Positions 37,620 through 41,496 of a DNA stretch of 41,496 nucleotides are shown here, piece by piece. This stretch comes from Deltaproteobacteria bacterium TL4 (GTDB lineage: Bacteria; SAR324; NAC60-12). The position numbers and the translations under genes were made by a program. The DNA lies in assembly GCA_051382335.1 (NCBI GenBank), contig JBBCAX010000270.1, positions 1 through 41,496 of the forward strand, read 5' to 3'. The notes beneath the pieces are model-generated. The model did no database searches. It was not told the origin of the DNA and saw only the letters and a program-made list of their open reading frames with translations. Position 1 is the stretch's first letter. Each line of letters opens with the position of its first letter.

Positions 37620-38282
37620 TTATGACTTTCTGGAAAATAAGGGATCAGGAATTCCTGCTTCTTGAAAGCCTTTTGCTCGTAATTGACAGGCGGGACACTG
37701 GCCACAGGGGGGAAACGCTCCATTATAACAGGTATGACTCCAGGAAAGGGCGTCAAGAGCGCCCAACTCTTGTGCTAATAGAATGGTTTCTGCTTTCGTC
37801 ATCCACATCAAAGGGGTGTGGATTTTTATTTGTGATTCCATTCCCAGATTGACAGCTAACTCCAACGCGGAGACGGTATTTTGGCGGCAGTCTGGATAGC
37901 CACTATAGTCGGTTTGGCAAATGCCCGTAACCAGGTTTTGTATTTTATATTGGTAGGCATAGGCCGCAGCAAAGGTAAGAAAAATGAGATTTCGCCCGGG
38001 GACGAAGGTATTGGGCAAGCCATTGCTGTTGAGTTGGGTTTTAACATCTTCAGCACCAGTTAAGGCATTTCCGCCAAGCGCATTAAAGGTATTAATGGGA
38101 AGGACCTGAGTGGGGACACCTGCAATTTCAGAAATTTTCTGGGCACTTGCCAACTCAGCACGATGGCGCTGTCCATAATCAAAGGTCACTGTACGCACTT
38201 TTTCAAATTTCGAAAGGGCCCAATATAAACACGTAGTGGAATCCTGCCCACCCGACAAAACAACTAATGCTTCGTTCATCAT
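37620..38282 (-). CDS. queC: 7-cyano-7-deazaguanine synthase
   Basis: VLSGGQDSTTC, FDYGQRH, TFVPGRN, DYSGYPDCR, TCY..CGQCPAC.LR. Confidence 0.95.
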   Translation of the reverse strand: MMNEALVVLSGGQDSTTCLYWALSKFEKVRTVTFDYGQRHRAELASAQKISEIAGVPTQVLPINTFNALGGNALTGAEDVKTQLNSNGLPNTFVPGRNLIFLTFAAAYAYQYKIQNLVTGICQTDYSGYPDCRQNTVSALELAVNLGMESQIKIHTPLMWMTKAETILLAQELGALDALSWSHTCYNGAFPPCGQCPACQLRAKGFQEAGIPDPLFSRKS

Positions 38283-38974
38283 TCTTGATCCAAGTTGAGG
38301 GTAAGGTGAATACGTGGCGTATAGTTAAAGCCTAACGCAATACTCAAGCGGGATACAGTGATAGCGTTTTGATTCAACTCCTCAGCCGTTTTTCCCTCAG
38401 GCATCAACCAGATTTTGTGCCTGCCCAGAAATGAATAATCGTTTAATATTTCCTGGACATCCTCCTTATTTCTGACAACGAACTTGAAGTAAGCTTCTTC
38501 GTTATCGTTCATGTAGGAAAGAACGTTTTTTTTAATTCTACGATCAATGTGTTCCCCGGAATTAGATAATTTGGGGGAACATGAAAAAATGACTCTCAGC
38601 TTTCGGATAGAATCCTTGGGCAGAATGGTAGCGTTTGTTTCCACGGTGACCCGACGGTATCTTCGGACACAAATCGCGAGAAAATCAAGGAAATCTTCAC
38701 TTTCCTGCCAGATCATGGGTTCGCCCCCTGAAATCACGCATCCCATCCATTGTGAATTTTCCGGAATCATTTTTATCAATGAACTCATATCATAGTTTAT
38801 CCACTGATCCTTATATTGGGCCTTCCAAGAATACTCTGTATCACAAAATGAACACTGCAAATTGCATAAGGACATTCTGAAAAAGGAAGAGGGTTCTCCC
38901 AGGTATTTCCCTTCTCCTTGCAAGGTATTGGGGATGATTTGGCAGACCATCATTTTTGAAGTTTTAGCAATCAA
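38279..38974 (-). CDS. queE: 7-carboxy-7-deazaguanine synthase (radical SAM)
   Basis: TLQGEG, CNLQCSFCDT, ISGGEPM, VETN, SPKL, KFVV, LMPEG, PRIH; overlaps the queC start. Confidence 0.9.
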   Translation of the reverse strand: MIAKTSKMMVCQIIPNTLQGEGKYLGEPSSFFRMSLCNLQCSFCDTEYSWKAQYKDQWINYDMSSLIKMIPENSQWMGCVISGGEPMIWQESEDFLDFLAICVRRYRRVTVETNATILPKDSIRKLRVIFSCSPKLSNSGEHIDRRIKKNVLSYMNDNEEAYFKFVVRNKEDVQEILNDYSFLGRHKIWLMPEGKTAEELNQNAITVSRLSIALGFNYTPRIHLTLNLDQE

Positions 38975-39084
38975 TTTCCCTCATTATTATCCAGTGAAAC
39001 GTATTATCTGCACATGAAGCATGGCATCCCCCTCTTCATAAGACAAGCAGAGATTTTCATGTCTATGAAAACAAGGATGGCTTA

Positions 39085-39771
39085 TTAGAGAAATTTCATA
39101 CCTTTAGTGAGATATTGACGGGCATATTCCACGGCTTGATCTTCTTTTCCGTCAAGGATAGCCTGGTATATGTTTTGTTGAAGGGTGATATTCTGTTCCA
39201 CCGCAAGGTTATCAAATAAATTTAAGTTCTTTTCATAGATGGTTTTGATGGTGTTCATTATTAAAATATACACCATATTGTTGCTGGCAATGGAAAGCTG
39301 ACGGAAAAATTCAAAATCTACGATTAAATATTCGGAATGATTCTTGGCTTGAGCCATTTGATCAAGGATATTTTTAAGACGCTCTTTCTCTGACTCTGAA
39401 GCTCGCTTTGCGGCACATCTGACAATTTCACACCCGATCAGAACCCTTGCCGCCATGATATCTTTAAAGATTTTTATATCGATTTGATCATCTTTGTTGA
39501 GCAAGTATGTCAGTAAATCCATACTGGCATTGCGGAAATCTTTTACGGTAATGCCTTGGCCCTGGTGAATAACGATCAACTTCAGCTGTTCCAGTTTTTT
39601 CAGCGCTTCTCTTAAGGTCGTTCGCGTGACTTGAAAATTCTCGGCCAAAGTTCGCTCAGGGGGCAGCATTTCTCCAGGGTGAATTTCTCCGCCAAGGATG
39701 TACTGCCTTAGCATTTCAGCAACTTGTTCTGAGGCTTTTACTTTTTTGATGGGGCCTAATGCTTCTTTCAT
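39085..39771 (-). CDS. GntR-family (FadR subfamily) transcriptional regulator
   Basis: PGEMLPPERTLAENFQVTRTTLREALKKL wHTH followed by an FCD-like helical domain. Confidence 0.92.
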   Translation of the reverse strand: MKEALGPIKKVKASEQVAEMLRQYILGGEIHPGEMLPPERTLAENFQVTRTTLREALKKLEQLKLIVIHQGQGITVKDFRNASMDLLTYLLNKDDQIDIKIFKDIMAARVLIGCEIVRCAAKRASESEKERLKNILDQMAQAKNHSEYLIVDFEFFRQLSIASNNMVYILIMNTIKTIYEKNLNLFDNLAVEQNITLQQNIYQAILDGKEDQAVEYARQYLTKGMKFL

Positions 39772-39793
39772 TTTTTACCTTTGTTATTGGTAG

Positions 39794-39808
39794 ATTGGTC
39801 GTACCAAT
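39794..39808. promoter_or_regulatory. FadR/PdhR-type operator (probable autoregulatory site)
   Basis: ATTGGT-CGT-ACCAAT palindrome 22 nt upstream of the GntR start; fits the TGGT-N3-ACCA consensus of FadR-subfamily sites. Confidence 0.75.
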
Positions 39809-39847
39809 TTGGAAACTAGCATGACTTTTTCATTCATGCAAGGCCAA

Positions 39848-41269
39848 TCACTCCCGTAGCTTATCAACGAAATGATCCATTTGAGCAGAGCGAGAACCTT
39901 TGACGAGGACGATATCCTCTGGCCTTCGTATCTGTTTCCATGTGTGGATGAGTTTTTCCTTGTCTACAAAATGGTGGGCTTCATTTTCCCGCGGATTCAC
40001 CTCTCTCCATCCTTCGACATAACAACGGGAATCATTATCGCCAAAAGCCAGCAGTAGGCTTGGAGCACACTGAGCAAAGAATTTTCCCGTTTCATGATGA
40101 AGTCGATGGCTGTGGATGCCCAGCTCCGCCATCCTTCCCGCGAGAATCACAATGCGCTGTTTGGGATAACTCACTCTTAAGCTGTGCAATACATTTTGAA
40201 AAGACGTTGGGTTCGCGTTGTAACTGTCATCCACAAGGATCCAATCCTTCACTTTTTCAATTTGGATTCGCCCCTTGACTTCAACCTGAAGCGCCGCAAC
40301 CGCTTCCTGTAAAGCACCGACGGATATACCATATTCATGTAAAAGCGTTATTGCGCCTAAAAGGTTTTTCAGCAACAGCATATTCCCAATTTGGGTATGA
40401 AACTGAACACCCAAGAATTGAAACTCCGCTTCATGAGCATTACTTTTTTCTAAAATAGCCAAATAATCAGGTGGATGTAAATCGGACTCCTGTTTGAATC
40501 CATAGGTGATCAGCTTGATCTGAGATTTTTGGGCATAAGTTTTTACAAGCTCTTGATGTTTTAAGGAACAGGGTATTACCACAGAACTGTGCGGAGGCAT
40601 TCCTTCAAAAATACCTGATTTTTCACGTGCAACGCCTTCAGTATTTTCGAGATATTCGAGGTGGCTTTCACCGATATTGGTGATGATTGCCAGATGCGGT
40701 TGGGCAATTTGGGACAAAGTCGCAATCTCACCAAAATGGTTGGTTCCCATTTCGACAACCCACCACTGTGCACGTAAAGGAGCAGACAGGAGTGTTAACG
40801 GAAGTCCGATATAGTTATTGAAATTACCTGCGGTTGCATGAGTGTCGGGTGCAAGGTAACGGCAAAGTCCAGCAATTATCTCTTTGGTTGAGGTTTTCCC
40901 ATTACTTCCTGTGACTCCAATCACACAACCAGCGTATTGTTGTCGATAATACGTTGCCAAATCCCGCAGTGCTTTGTTTGGGTCCTCAACCGCTATCAAG
41001 GGGATAGGTTCCGATAACAAAGCTGGAGGGATGCGTTTAAGATCCGCGACTACAAACGATGCCTGCTTTTCCAATACTTCCTTGATGTATTGATGTCCAT
41101 CCGTCTTCTCTCCGATAATACAAAAAAAGAAATCATCCTTTTCAATTTTTCTCGAGTCAATCGCAAAGCTTTTTACAAGAACTCCTAAAGGCAGGTTATG
41201 AGCTTGGCCTTGAAAAATATAACACAACGCTTCAACGGAATAACAATCATCCATACAGTAATTTGACAT
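39848..41269 (-). CDS. murF: UDP-N-acetylmuramoyl-tripeptide--D-alanyl-D-alanine ligase
   Basis: IDSR, DGH, GVTGSNGKTSTKE, NFNNYIGLPLT, EMG.NHFGEI, DDSYNANP, MAELG, VKGSR. Confidence 0.95.
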   Translation of the reverse strand: MSNYCMDDCYSVEALCYIFQGQAHNLPLGVLVKSFAIDSRKIEKDDFFFCIIGEKTDGHQYIKEVLEKQASFVVADLKRIPPALLSEPIPLIAVEDPNKALRDLATYYRQQYAGCVIGVTGSNGKTSTKEIIAGLCRYLAPDTHATAGNFNNYIGLPLTLLSAPLRAQWWVVEMGTNHFGEIATLSQIAQPHLAIITNIGESHLEYLENTEGVAREKSGIFEGMPPHSSVVIPCSLKHQELVKTYAQKSQIKLITYGFKQESDLHPPDYLAILEKSNAHEAEFQFLGVQFHTQIGNMLLLKNLLGAITLLHEYGISVGALQEAVAALQVEVKGRIQIEKVKDWILVDDSYNANPTSFQNVLHSLRVSYPKQRIVILAGRMAELGIHSHRLHHETGKFFAQCAPSLLLAFGDNDSRCYVEGWREVNPRENEAHHFVDKEKLIHTWKQIRRPEDIVLVKGSRSAQMDHFVDKLRE

Positions 41270-41496
41270 CTTAAAGATCCTATTAATTTTTCTTTTATTT
41301 TATTTTATCTGAAAAATGCTACGCTTTCGGAAACATCACCCCCCAATAAATACTAATTAGCTAAAATTACTGGACTTTGAACATTTTTAAAGAATTAAGC
41401 CACATTGAGTAGCTGATTAATCAAGACATGCAAATCGTCTTGAGAAAATAACTTAAGTTCTGGGTGATCCTCAGATCTAAAATATTTATTTCCCCA

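Noticed and set aside
136..38974. Joint DNA-modification defence island formed by DUF4007 and queC/queE
   Set aside because: The genes are about 36 kb apart with unrelated genes between them, and no dpdA, sspC/D or dnd gene is visible.
38975..39084. preQ1 riboswitch upstream of queE
   Set aside because: No recognisable preQ1-I stem/loop with A-rich tail.
11962..40773. Numerous 60-190 aa ORFs nested in or antisense to called genes
   Set aside because: Shadow ORFs of well-supported CDSs with no independent motifs.
1..41496. CRISPR array, tRNA/rRNA, transposase or integrase
   Set aside because: No regularly spaced direct repeats, RNA gene signatures or recombinase motifs were seen by eye.

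Overview
Bacterial chromosomal window, moderately AT-rich and Gram-negative by its envelope genes; the taxon cannot be fixed from the sequence. Left arm (1-11.5 kb): an apparently solitary DUF4007 (SspB-like) gene, intergenic REP/REPIN-like palindromes, and a Phd/YefM antitoxin paired with an atypical RelE/ParE-like partner directly upstream of a histidine kinase and OmpR-type regulator. These are followed by a DUF368 undecaprenyl-phosphate translocase, a hybrid kinase ending in a PP2C phosphatase domain, and a WecA/MraY-type transferase fused to a PglF/CapD-like membrane + Rossmann module. Centre (11.9-37.1 kb): a roughly 25 kb Wzx/Wzy-dependent surface polysaccharide locus with gmd, fcl, wzx, wzy, about seven glycosyltransferases, two methyltransferases, WbpV/WbpL/WbpM-like genes, a DegT aminotransferase, a Wzz-like and a Wzi-like gene. 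Inside it is a tightly coupled cassette of glycosyltransferase, B12-dependent radical SAM enzyme, RmlD-like reductase and cupin. This cassette is the best candidate for an undescribed pathway, making an unusual (C-methylated, branched or ring-contracted) sugar. Right arm: queE-queC, a FadR/GntR regulator with a palindromic operator, and murF. All calls rest on motif recognition by eye; no database searches were run.
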